Positions 49,901-60,170 of a stretch of 64,000 bases of DNA are shown piece after piece. This DNA is from Balanoglossus misakiensis (taxonomy: Eukaryota > Animalia > Hemichordata). The stretch spans positions 310,001 to 374,000 of the forward strand of contig CM082582.2 of assembly GCA_040954595.2 (NCBI GenBank), written 5' to 3'. A program made the translations under genes and the position numbers. Each line of letters begins with the position of its first letter. Position 1 is the stretch's first letter. The notes beneath the pieces were generated by a model. That model was not told the DNA's origin, made no database searches, and was given only the letters and a program-made list of their open reading frames with translations.

Positions 49901-52900
49901 TAATGCAGTCCTACCCGACCAAATGTCGAGTGTTGACCCGCTGTGACTTTCCCTCTTCGGTTTGCCCGACTTAGCCAACGTCTTTGTACTAATGTGTCGG
50001 GTCTTTTGCAGAGCCAGGCCGAAGGAAATCCGACTTGATCACCGTTGCTAACGAACGCTAGTGTCTGTCATGGTGTGCCGGGGTTTAGTCGAGCCAGGCC
50101 GTAGGAGATCTGACTTGATCATCGTGGTCAATGTACGCGTGTTTCCGCTCTAAAGTGCCGGGGCTTCAGCTAAACCAGGCCGTAGGAAATCCGACGTAAT
50201 CACCGTTGATAACTTACGCCAGTCTGTGTCATATAGAGCCGGTGCACCAGCCGAGTCACGCCGTAGGAAATCTGACTTGATCAACGTGGTCAATGTACGC
50301 CTGTTTCTGCTCTAGAGTGCCGGGGCTTCAGCTGAGCCAGGCCGTAGGAAACCCGACGTGATTACAGTTGTTAACTTACGCCAGTCTGTGTCCTATATAT
50401 AGTGCCGGGGCATCAGCCGTGCCAGGCCGAAGGAAATGTGAGTAGATCAACGTGGTCTCTGTACGCGTGTTTCTGCTCTAGAGTGTCAGGGCTTTAGCAA
50501 AGCCATGCCGTAGGAAATCTGACTTGATCAACGTTGCTAGCGAACGCTAGTGTCTGTCATAGTGTGCCGGGGTTTTAGTCGAGCCAAGCCGTAGGAGATC
50601 AGACTTCATCAACGTGGTCTATGTACGCGTGTTTCTGCTCTAGAGTGCCGGGGCTTTATCCAAGCCATGCCGTAGAAAATCTGACTTGATCACCGTTGCT
50701 AACGTACGCTAGTGTCTGTCATATTGTGACGGAGATTAAGCCGAGCCAGGCCGTAGAAAAATCGACTTGTTCAACGTTACCAGCAACTGTTTCTGCTCTA
50801 GAGTGTCAGGGTTTTAGCTGACTTATGCTGTAGGAAATCTGAGTTGATGAACGGGAATTCAATGTTAGAAAACCCGTGTGGAAAGTATCTCTTCCCGTTT
50901 GAAACTAAGAAAAGAATTTATTCTTATTTATTTTGTTAAAAAGACAATTTTTCGAAAAAAAGTCGAAAATGGTAATTTTGTCTTGGGTGATTCAAATTAT
51001 ACCACCTTTTCTGGAATTTGCAGCACTTTTTACAAGAGAACGACACTTCATGCTCCATAATATTTCCGAAAATGAAGAAAAGAGTTTATTTTTTATGATT
51101 TTTTAAAAATGTACCATTTTGTCAAAATATGGCCAAAATGGCTATTTTTTCTTGAATTCCGTCAATATCTCTGCATTTTTGGAGTGGTCGAAAGTTTTAA
51201 CATACAATCAACATGTCATATATGATCAGGGCACCAAATTCGAAGAACGAAGGTTTTTTTATTTTATTTTTCTAAAAATGACATTTTCAAGAAAAATTTG
51301 GTAAAACGCAATTTTGTCTGCAGTGAGCCAAATTAGACGGTCTTTTGTGGAATTTGTATCGATATATATATACGAAGAGCATTCTATACTCCATCAGATT
51401 TCCGAAAATGTAGAAAACAGGTATTTTTTGTAATTTTCAAAAATTTACCATTTTGACCAAATTGTGGTTAAAATTGTTATTTTCGTGTTGAATGCCGCCA
51501 GTGTCACTGCTTTTAAAAGTCATAAAAACTTTTAACATGCAAGCAATTGCTTATATATGATCAGGCCACCGAATTAAAAAAATAAAGAATGTTTTGCCTA
51601 AAAATGACCTTTTTGGTGCAAAAACGAATAAAACGCAATTTTGTATTAAATCAGCTCATTCAGAGTGCATTTTTTATTATCAGCACCATTTTTACATATA
51701 TTGGAAATTTCATACATCATCAGATATCCAAATATGAAAAAATGATTTAGATTTTAGATGATTGTCCAAAATTAGCTGATATCTAATAAATGTAGTATTG
51801 AACCGTTCTGCCCCCCCCCCCTACATTATATGCGGTACGCCGATGTCAGCTTACCCGGCAGTACTGCAGGCCGTGCCCCCAAATAACGTCGGTGTTTGAA
51901 ACGCCCTGGTTAAATTCGGGCTTTCTCTATAAATTGACAGGCAATAATGCAGTCCTACCCGAACAAATGTCGAGTGTTGACCCGCTGTGACTTTCCCTCT
52001 TCGGTTTGCCCGACTTAGCCAACGTCTTTGTACTAATGTGTCGGGTCTTTTGCAGAGCCAGGCCGAAGGAAATCCGACTTGATCACCGTTGCTAACGAAC
52101 GCTAGTGTCTGTCATGGTGTGCCGGGGTTTTAGTCGAGCCAGGCCGTAGGAGATCTGACATGATCATCGTGGTCAATGTACGCGTGTTTCCGCTCTAAAG
52201 TGCCGGGGCTTCAGCTAAACCATGCCGTAGGAAATCCGACGTAATCACCGTTGATAACTTACGCCAGTCTGTGTCATATAGAGCCGGTGCACCAGCCGAG
52301 TCACGCCGTAGGAAATCTTACTTGATCAACGTGGTCAATGTACGCCTGTTTCTGCTCTAGAGTGCCGGGGCTTCAGCTGAGCCAGGCCGTGGGAAACCCG
52401 ACGTGATTACCGTTGTTAACTTACGCCAGTTTGTGTCCTATATATAGTGCCGGGGCATCAGCCGTGCCAGGCCGAAGGAAATGTGAGTAGATCAACGTGG
52501 TCTCTGTACGCGTGTTTCTGCTCTAGAGTGCCAGGGCTTTAGCCAAGCCATGCCGTAGGAAATCTGACTTGATCAACGTTGCTAACGAACGCTAATGTCT
52601 GTCATAGTGTGCCGGGGTTTTAGTCGAGCCAAGCCGTAGGAGATCAGACTTGATCAACGTGGTCTCTGTACGCGTGTTTCTGCTCTAGAGTGCCGGGGCT
52701 TTATCCAACCCATGCCGTAGAAAATCTGACTTGATCACCGTTGCTAACGTACGCTAGTGTCTGTCATATTGTGACAGAGATTTAGCCGAGCCAGGCCGTA
52801 GAAAAATCGACTTGTTCAACGTTACCAGTGTGCAACTGTTTCTGCTCTAGAGTGTCAGGGTTTTAGCCGACTTATGCTGTAGGAAATCTGAGTTGATGAA

Positions 52901-55727
52901 CGGGAATTCAATGTTAGAAAACCCGTGTGGAAAGTATCTCTACCCGTTTGAAACTAAGAAAAGAATTTATTCTTATTTATTTTGTAAAAAAGACAATTTT
53001 TCGAAAAAAAGTCGAAAAATTGCAATTTTGTCTTGGGTGATTCAAATTATACCGCCTTTTCTGGAATTTGCAGCACTTTTTACAAGAGAACGACACTTCA
53101 TGCTCCATAATATTTCCGAAAATGAAGAAAAGAGTTAATTTTTTATGATTTTTCAAAAATTTACCATTTTTGTCAAAATATGGCCAAAATGGCTATTTTT
53201 CTTGAATTCCGTCAATATCTCTGCATTCTTGGAGTGGTCGAGAGTTTTAACATACAATCAACATGTCATATATGATCAGGGCACCAAATTCGAAGAATAA
53301 AGGTTTTTTTATTTTTTTTTCTAAAAATGACATTTTCAAGGAAAATTTGGTAAAACGCAATTTTGTCTGCAGTGAGCCAAATTAGACGGTCTTTTGTGGA
53401 ATTTGTATCGATATATACATACGAAGGGCATTCTATACTCCATCAGATTTCCGAAAATGTAGAAAACAGGTATTTTTTGTAATTTTCAAAAATTTACCAT
53501 TTTGACCAAATTGTGGCTAAAATTGTTATTTTCGTGATCAACGTGGTCAATGTACGCCTGTTTCTGCTCTAGAGTGCCGGGGCTTCAGCTGAGCCAGGCC
53601 GTGGGAAACCCGACGTGATTACCGTTGTTAACTTACGCCAGTCTGTGTCCTATATATAGTGCCGGGGCATCAGCCGTGCCAGGCCGAAGGAAATGTGAGT
53701 AGATCAACGTGGTCTCTGTACGCGTGTTTCTGCTCTAGAGTGTCAGGGCTTTAGCAAAGCCATGCCGTAGGAAATCTGACTTGATCAACGTTGTTAACGA
53801 ACGCTAGTGTCTGTCATAGTGTGCCGGGGTTTTAGTCGAGCCAAGCCGTAGGAGATCAGACTTGATCAACGTGGTCTCTGTACGCGTGTTTCTGCTCTAG
53901 AGTGCCGGGGCTTTATCCAACCCATGCCGTTGAAAATCTGACTTGATCACCGTTGCTAACGTACGCTAGTGTCTGTCATATTGTGACGAGATTTAGCCGA
54001 GCCAGGCCGTAGAAAAATCGACTTGTTCAACGTTACCAGTGTGCAACTGTTTCTGCTCTAGAGTGTCAGGGTTTTAGCCGACTTATGCTGTAGGAAATCT
54101 GAGTTGATGAACGGGAATTCAATGTTAGAAAACCCGTGTGGAAAGTATCTCTACCCGTTTGAAACTAAGAAAAGAATTTATTCTTGTTTATTTTGTAAAA
54201 AAGACAATTTTTCGAAAACAAGTCGAAAATGGTAATTTTGTCTTGGGTGATTCAAATTATACCACATTTTCTGGAATTTGCAGCACTTTTTACAAGAGAA
54301 CGACACTTCATGCTCCATAATATTTCCGAAAATGAAGAAAAGAGTTTATTTTTTATGATTTTTTAAAAATGTACCATTTTGTCAAAATATGGCCAAAATG
54401 GCTATTTTTTCTTGAATTCCGTCAATATCTCTGCATTTTTGGAGTGGTCGAAAGTTTTAACATACAATCAACATGTCATATATGATCAGGGCACCAAATT
54501 CGAAGAACGAAGGTTTTTTTATTTTATTTTTCTAAAAATCACATTTTCAAGAAAAATTTGGTAAAACGCAATTTTGTCTGCAGTGAGCCAAATTAGACGG
54601 TCTTTTGTGGAATTTGTATCGATATATATATACGAAGAGCATTCTATACTCCATCAGATTTCCGAAAATGTAGAAAACAGGTATTTTTTGTAATTTTCAA
54701 AAATTTACCATTTTGACCAAATTGTGGTTAAAATTGTTATTTTCGTGTTGAATGCCGCCAGTGTCACTGCTTTTAAAAGTCATAAAAACTTTTAACATGC
54801 AAGCAATTGCTTATATATGATCAGGCCACCGAATTAAAAAAATAAAGAATGTTTTGCCTAAAAATGACCTTTTTGGTGCAAAAACGAATAAAACGCAATT
54901 TTGTATTAAATCAGCTCATTCAGAGTGCATTTTTTATAATCAGCACCATTTTTACATATATTGGAAATTTCATACATCATCAGATATCCAAATATGAAAA
55001 AATGATTTAGATTTTAGATGATTGTCCAAAATTAGCTGATATGTAATAAATGTAGTATTGAACCGTTCTGTCCCCCCCCCCCTACATTATATGCGGTACG
55101 CCGATGTCAGCTTACCCGGCAGTACTGCAGGCCGTGCCCCCAAATAACGTCGGTGTTTGAAACGCCCTGGTTAAATTCGGGCTTTCTCTATAAATTGACA
55201 GGCAATAATGCAGTCCTACCCGAACAAATGTCGAGTGTTGACCCGCTGTGACTTTCCCTCTTCGGTTTGCCCGACTTAGCCAACGTCTTTGTACTAATGT
55301 GTCGGGTCTTTTGCAGAGCCAGGCCGAAGGAAATCCGACTTGATCACCGTTGCTAACGAACGCTAGTGTCTGTCATGGTGTGCCGGGGTTTTAGTCGAGC
55401 CAGGCCGTAGGAGATCTGACTTGATCATCGTGGTCAATGTACGCGTGTTTCCGCTCTAAAGTGCCGGGGCTTCAGCTAAACCATGCCGTAGGAAATCCGA
55501 CGTAATCACCGTTGATAACTTACGCCAGTCTGTGTCATATAGAGCCGGTGCACCAGCCGAGTCACGCCGTAGGAAATCTTACTTGATCAATATAATAATC
55601 TTTTATTTGCGTTTTAAGGCCGCCGGCCCATATGCAAAGGGGGTACATTTAGATTTTTTCCAAAAGAGAGATACAACAAAACATATAAGTGGAGTGCATA
55701 GCAAGGTATATCAGAACACAAATCGCA

Positions 55728-58700
55728 TCACTGTGAGTAAACGTACATTACAGCTTTTTCTCGAAGTCTGAAAGCTCTGTGGACAAAATTACAGAGACTA
55801 AGTAGGTCATCTGAAAGAGATGACCTCATAAACCTTAGAAATTTACAGAAATTTGGTTCCAGAAACAATTCCTTTGGTAAGTACCGTATTCTCAAATTAT
55901 TGTACAGTGGGCAAATTACAAGAAAGTGGTATTCATCTTCTACCATATTTGTGTTACAAACTTTACAAAATCTAAAAGCCGAAGCAATGTTATCTCTCCT
56001 GCCTTCTTCGATCGCAAGAGGGAGTACTGAACAGCGAAAATATGTAAATATTCGGATAGCTTGGTGATTACAGTGAAGGTACAAATATCTCTCAGGCTCT
56101 AGTAAACTTTTGAATTGGATATATGTTCGGAGTTTGGGTTTCAGTGAAGCTTTTTCGATCCAACGTTGTTTGTATACATCTTTGACTCTATTTTCGAAGA
56201 TATACAGAAAATGTTTTTTGTCACCAACGTCCTGAGAAACCCAGGCAAACCCAAATCCGAATGAAAATAAAATATCCTTTACTGAGGTTGCCCAAGTATT
56301 TCTACCCATATTGTCTAAATTACACAACATCAAATATGCCTGCCTTGGAATTCTATGGGGTGGCATTTCGAGGAGTTTTAACCAGTAAGCGATGCAACGT
56401 TTTATGGTGGTACAATAGATAGGGAGACGTCCACATTCTCCCATTACTGCTTCTGTAGTAGTGTGTTTAGGTACTCCCAGCAGTAGCCTACACCACCTCC
56501 TCTGTACATTCTCTAACACTTCAAAATATTGAAATCCCCAAATTTCTGCCCCATATGATAAAATTGGTACAATCATTGCATCGAATAATTTAAAATGAAC
56601 ATTAATATCCAGAAAATCTAGTTTCCGTCTGGTGGCGGACAATATATTCAAAGCCTTTCCGGCTTGATAAGCTAAAGTGTACACCGCTTTTGACCAAGTA
56701 TTCCTTGAAGAAAGAAGAAGACCCAAGTATTTGTAGTACGAAACTATTTCAAGCATTTTACCACGGAAATACCACTTTTCTAAACGAGAGGGGTGACCCC
56801 CTTTTCGAAAAATCATAACCTTCGTTTTGTCGAGGTTAACCTCCATACGCCATTTTGTACAAAATGAAGAAAGAATGTCAATTAGACTCTGGAGATTTCT
56901 AATCGAATCGGCAAATATTACCACATCATCTGCATACAGAAGGTCAAAAAGGTCGCGCATATCTTGTGTTAGCTGAATACCCATTTGACCAGATGACATG
57001 AACATATGATTGAGTTCTTCAATAAAGAAACTAAATAGTATTGGACTGAGAATGCATCCCTGTCTCACACCAGCTGGGCATTCAAAATACTGAGACGATA
57101 CATTGCCAGCCCGTACACAAGCCTTGACACCACTATACATAGAGTGCAGAATTTGAAACATTTTACCTTTCATACCCAGTGACAACAGTTTGTATAACAA
57201 AAGAGAGTGGTTAATTCTGTCAAAGGCCTTGGAAAAGTCGATAAAGAGGCAGTAAATTTTCCCGCGTCTTATGCTTAAATATTTCTGAATGATAGAGTGC
57301 AGAACAAAAATATTGTCAACAGTACTATGCTTCTTTCTGAACCCTGATTGGCAATCTGACACTATATTTGAACTGTCCGACCATGTGGACAAACGAGTAT
57401 TTAGGACAGCGGTAAAGACTTTACCAAGAGCATTTAAGAGGGAAATACCTCTGTAATTATTGGCGTCCCCCGTGTCTCCTTTTTTGAATAATGGGATCAC
57501 AATAGCAGAGGACCATTCGGAAGGGAAAATACCAGAATCGAAAATTAAATTGAATAATTCTACAAGCACTGGTAAAATTATATCTGCAGCAGAGGAGTAA
57601 AACTCATTGGGTATGCCATCTGGACCGGGTGCTTTCCCAGATTTCAACTTTTTAAGACATTTTAACACTTCATCTTCAGTTATTGGGGTATTTAAAACTT
57701 CATTTGTATCGTGATCGATCTCCTCTGGTCCATCCCCGCTAAAGTAGTTAGCCAATTGATCTTCGACAGATTGCAAGAACTCCAAATCTCCCGACTTTAA
57801 ATCGTTGCATTTTCTGTACAAATCACTGAAATAGTGAAACCATGTCTGGATGTCAATATCACTCGTAGAACCTTTCTTACGGCCAGACACTGACTTTAAA
57901 ATGGTCCAAAATTCACCCGAATTATTCAATGCAGCCTCTCGAAAGCGATTTCGAAGAGAATGTTGATAGTTTGCCTTGCAGTTCTTGCAAATCTGTCTGA
58001 AGGATTTTTTCGCAGTTTTATAGTGATTTAGTGAATCAGAGCACCCCATTTGCCTAAACAGCTTTAACTTGTCATAGACGTTATTTTTAGCTTGTTGGCA
58101 AAGTTCACCAAACCAAGGTGGCTGAGAAGTCGTTTGTTTGTTCTGAGAGCTAGTCTGAATGCGCCCATCTGTACCTGCTACCTTTAAAGCGTCATTCAGG
58201 ATATGAATGGAACGACTTATGTCTGGCAGTGCCCTTTTTGATTCTACCAACAGGTTGTGCACAGAAGCAGAACGTAAATTATCACTGAAATGATTTCTAC
58301 ATTTCTCAGTCATACGATAAACTATAGAATTTGAAACAGTACCAACTGGACGGTTTGTTTTCTGTGTAAGAATGTTTTTAGACTTAAGATGACAGGTGAT
58401 GGGAAAGTGATCTGATTCGATACGAGGGAGGACTTCAAAATGGTTAACATATCTGAAAAGGTCTGGTGACATAATTACATAATCGATAACACTGCCACCC
58501 GTCGTCGATACGTGGGTAATACTGCCTGCAATATCATTGGCTGTGCGCCCGTTAACAATGTGGATACCAAAATTGCGACAGATGTTAAGGAGAGCTTTTC
58601 CCGCCTCGTTTACCAATGTGTCTTTCGAATTTCTAGGTGCATGAAAATCTGACGAAATATACATATCAGTATCAATGGGTAAAAAAGACAGCGAATCGTC

Positions 58701-59192
58701 AAAAATGAAATCATCGTCTGTACCCGTTCGTGCATTGAAGTCGCCTCCAAGTATACAAAGGCTATCAGGAAAATTACTTTTCATGACAATGAGTTGATTT
58801 TCCAAAGTTTCAATGTGATCTAAAATGGACTCTGGTCGTAAATAGCAACAACCAAAAATTACATCGCTATTAAATTGAAATAAACTCTTATGTATCTTGA
58901 TAAATATACAATTATCTATATCAGCATTAACTCTACTCACTTTATCAGCAATATTTTTCTTAATATAAAGCGCAGATCCACCACTCGGTCTACCTTTGAC
59001 AAATCGTTTTTTGGCAGGTGATGAGAATACAACGTGGTTTTTCAGAATATCGACATTATCTCTCTCAGTACAAAATGTTTCTTGTAAACCTATAATATCG
59101 TACTTTGAACAAAAAGAAATAAAGTCACTGTTACCTATTTTTTGCTTTAAACCTCGTATATTCCACGTTAATATTGACAAACTAGAGTTCAC
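55728..59192 (-). CDS. LINE ORF2 protein: APE endonuclease, reverse transcriptase, C-terminal Cys/His motif (no initiator ATG)
   Basis: 1154 open codons with ILTWNIRGL, GLQET, GGDFNAR, IDYV, SDHFP; GKAPGPDG, NYRGISLL, QSGFR, FIDFSKAFD, GVRQGCILSP, LYADD and YKYLG. Confidence 0.93.
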   Translation of the reverse strand: MNSSLSILTWNIRGLKQKIGNSDFISFCSKYDIIGLQETFCTERDNVDILKNHVVFSSPAKKRFVKGRPSGGSALYIKKNIADKVSRVNADIDNCIFIKIHKSLFQFNSDVIFGCCYLRPESILDHIETLENQLIVMKSNFPDSLCILGGDFNARTGTDDDFIFDDSLSFLPIDTDMYISSDFHAPRNSKDTLVNEAGKALLNICRNFGIHIVNGRTANDIAGSITHVSTTGGSVIDYVIMSPDLFRYVNHFEVLPRIESDHFPITCHLKSKNILTQKTNRPVGTVSNSIVYRMTEKCRNHFSDNLRSASVHNLLVESKRALPDISRSIHILNDALKVAGTDGRIQTSSQNKQTTSQPPWFGELCQQAKNNVYDKLKLFRQMGCSDSLNHYKTAKKSFRQICKNCKANYQHSLRNRFREAALNNSGEFWTILKSVSGRKKGSTSDIDIQTWFHYFSDLYRKCNDLKSGDLEFLQSVEDQLANYFSGDGPEEIDHDTNEVLNTPITEDEVLKCLKKLKSGKAPGPDGIPNEFYSSAADIILPVLVELFNLIFDSGIFPSEWSSAIVIPLFKKGDTGDANNYRGISLLNALGKVFTAVLNTRLSTWSDSSNIVSDCQSGFRKKHSTVDNIFVLHSIIQKYLSIRRGKIYCLFIDFSKAFDRINHSLLLYKLLSLGMKGKMFQILHSMYSGVKACVRAGNVSSQYFECPAGVRQGCILSPILFSFFIEELNHMFMSSGQMGIQLTQDMRDLFDLLYADDVVIFADSIRNLQSLIDILSSFCTKWRMEVNLDKTKVMIFRKGGHPSRLEKWYFRGKMLEIVSYYKYLGLLLSSRNTWSKAVYTLAYQAGKALNILSATRRKLDFLDINVHFKLFDAMIVPILSYGAEIWGFQYFEVLENVQRRWCRLLLGVPKHTTTEAVMGECGRLPIYCTTIKRCIAYWLKLLEMPPHRIPRQAYLMLCNLDNMGRNTWATSVKDILFSFGFGFAWVSQDVGDKKHFLYIFENRVKDVYKQRWIEKASLKPKLRTYIQFKSLLEPERYLYLHCNHQAIRIFTYFRCSVLPLAIEEGRRDNIASAFRFCKVCNTNMVEDEYHFLVICPLYNNLRIRYLPKELFLEPNFCKFLRFMRSSLSDDLLSLCNFVHRAFRLREKAVMYVYSQ

Positions 59193-59210
59193 AGGGCCTT
59201 GGCCACACCC

Positions 59211-60170
59211 CTACCGAGCTGGTTCTTTAATTTCAACGATCTGGGCCGTTTCTTCGTTAACTTTGTAAGTTTTCCTCTGTCCGTTATCATCGACGTATGT
59301 CAACTTGTCATAGCGTATTTGTACCTTCAAAGATGGATTATCATCAAGCAGTGACTTACGAAAAGATAGTAGCCTTGACCGAATTGCGCGTATTCGCTTA
59401 GAAAAATCTTCCCCGATACTCATGTCCGTACCTTTCAGCTTGCTAGCGGCCGAGAAAACTCTTGACTTGTCCTTGAAGCGTGTAAACATGGCGATGATTG
59501 GCTTTGAACCACGGATTTCTGGTGCGTTGGAAATTCGATGAACTCTCTCAAAATCAATGTCTTCAGTGATACCAAGGTTATTTGATAGAATGGATTTTAC
59601 CTTTTCTTCCGACGTGTTCCAGGTCTCGTTTGGTTCATCTTGACTAACACCATAGAATGCCAGGTTGTTTCGTCTGCTTCTATTTTCTAGGTCGTCATTT
59701 GCACGTCGTAGAACACAGTTGTCTTTCCTTAGTTGGTCTAACGTCGAGGTAATCCCACCAATAGCTTCATGTTTAGATTCTATGTCGGCAAGTTTCGTTG
59801 AATTATTTTGTAAGTTATCACGTAGTTCTGCAATGTCGTCCTCTATGCCGTCCATTCGGTTCTGTAACAGCTCTAACTTTTGGTGAACGAATTCCGATTC
59901 GGCAATTATTTTATCAAGTTTTTCATGAATCCCAACGATATCATCCTTTGTAGCCAAATCAGCTTTGGATCTTGGAGGCCCAGGATTACGCTCTATGTCA
60001 CCTGCAACCACCAGCAGCAAAACAAGGCACAGCTTGACGGACAGTGATACGTGGCAGTTCATTAGCGGTACAGTGAGAGAAGCCATCTTGAATGACTTAG
60101 TGTGACGGAAAGGGTTACCTCCTCCAAAAGAGCCTATTTTGGCCCGATATTGAGCTGTAGAGATTCCCAT
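59211..60170 (-). CDS. LINE ORF1 protein: N-terminal leader + 2A-like motif, coiled coil, L1-type RRM (Transposase_22-like)
   Basis: 319-aa ATG-initiated ORF with GDIERNPGP at residues 57-65, a heptad-rich region, and DLENRSRRNNLAFYGV...ERVHR...PIIAMF. Confidence 0.88.
   Translation of the reverse strand: MGISTAQYRAKIGSFGGGNPFRHTKSFKMASLTVPLMNCHVSLSVKLCLVLLLVVAGDIERNPGPPRSKADLATKDDIVGIHEKLDKIIAESEFVHQKLELLQNRMDGIEDDIAELRDNLQNNSTKLADIESKHEAIGGITSTLDQLRKDNCVLRRANDDLENRSRRNNLAFYGVSQDEPNETWNTSEEKVKSILSNNLGITEDIDFERVHRISNAPEIRGSKPIIAMFTRFKDKSRVFSAASKLKGTDMSIGEDFSKRIRAIRSRLLSFRKSLLDDNPSLKVQIRYDKLTYVDDNGQRKTYKVNEETAQIVEIKEPAR
59976..60002 (-). other. 2A-like ribosomal skipping (StopGo) core motif GDIERNPG/P
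   Basis: GGT GAC ATA GAG CGT AAT CCT GGG CCT matches D(V/I)ExNPGP and is preceded by the hydrophobic stretch LCLVLLLVVA. Confidence 0.85.
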
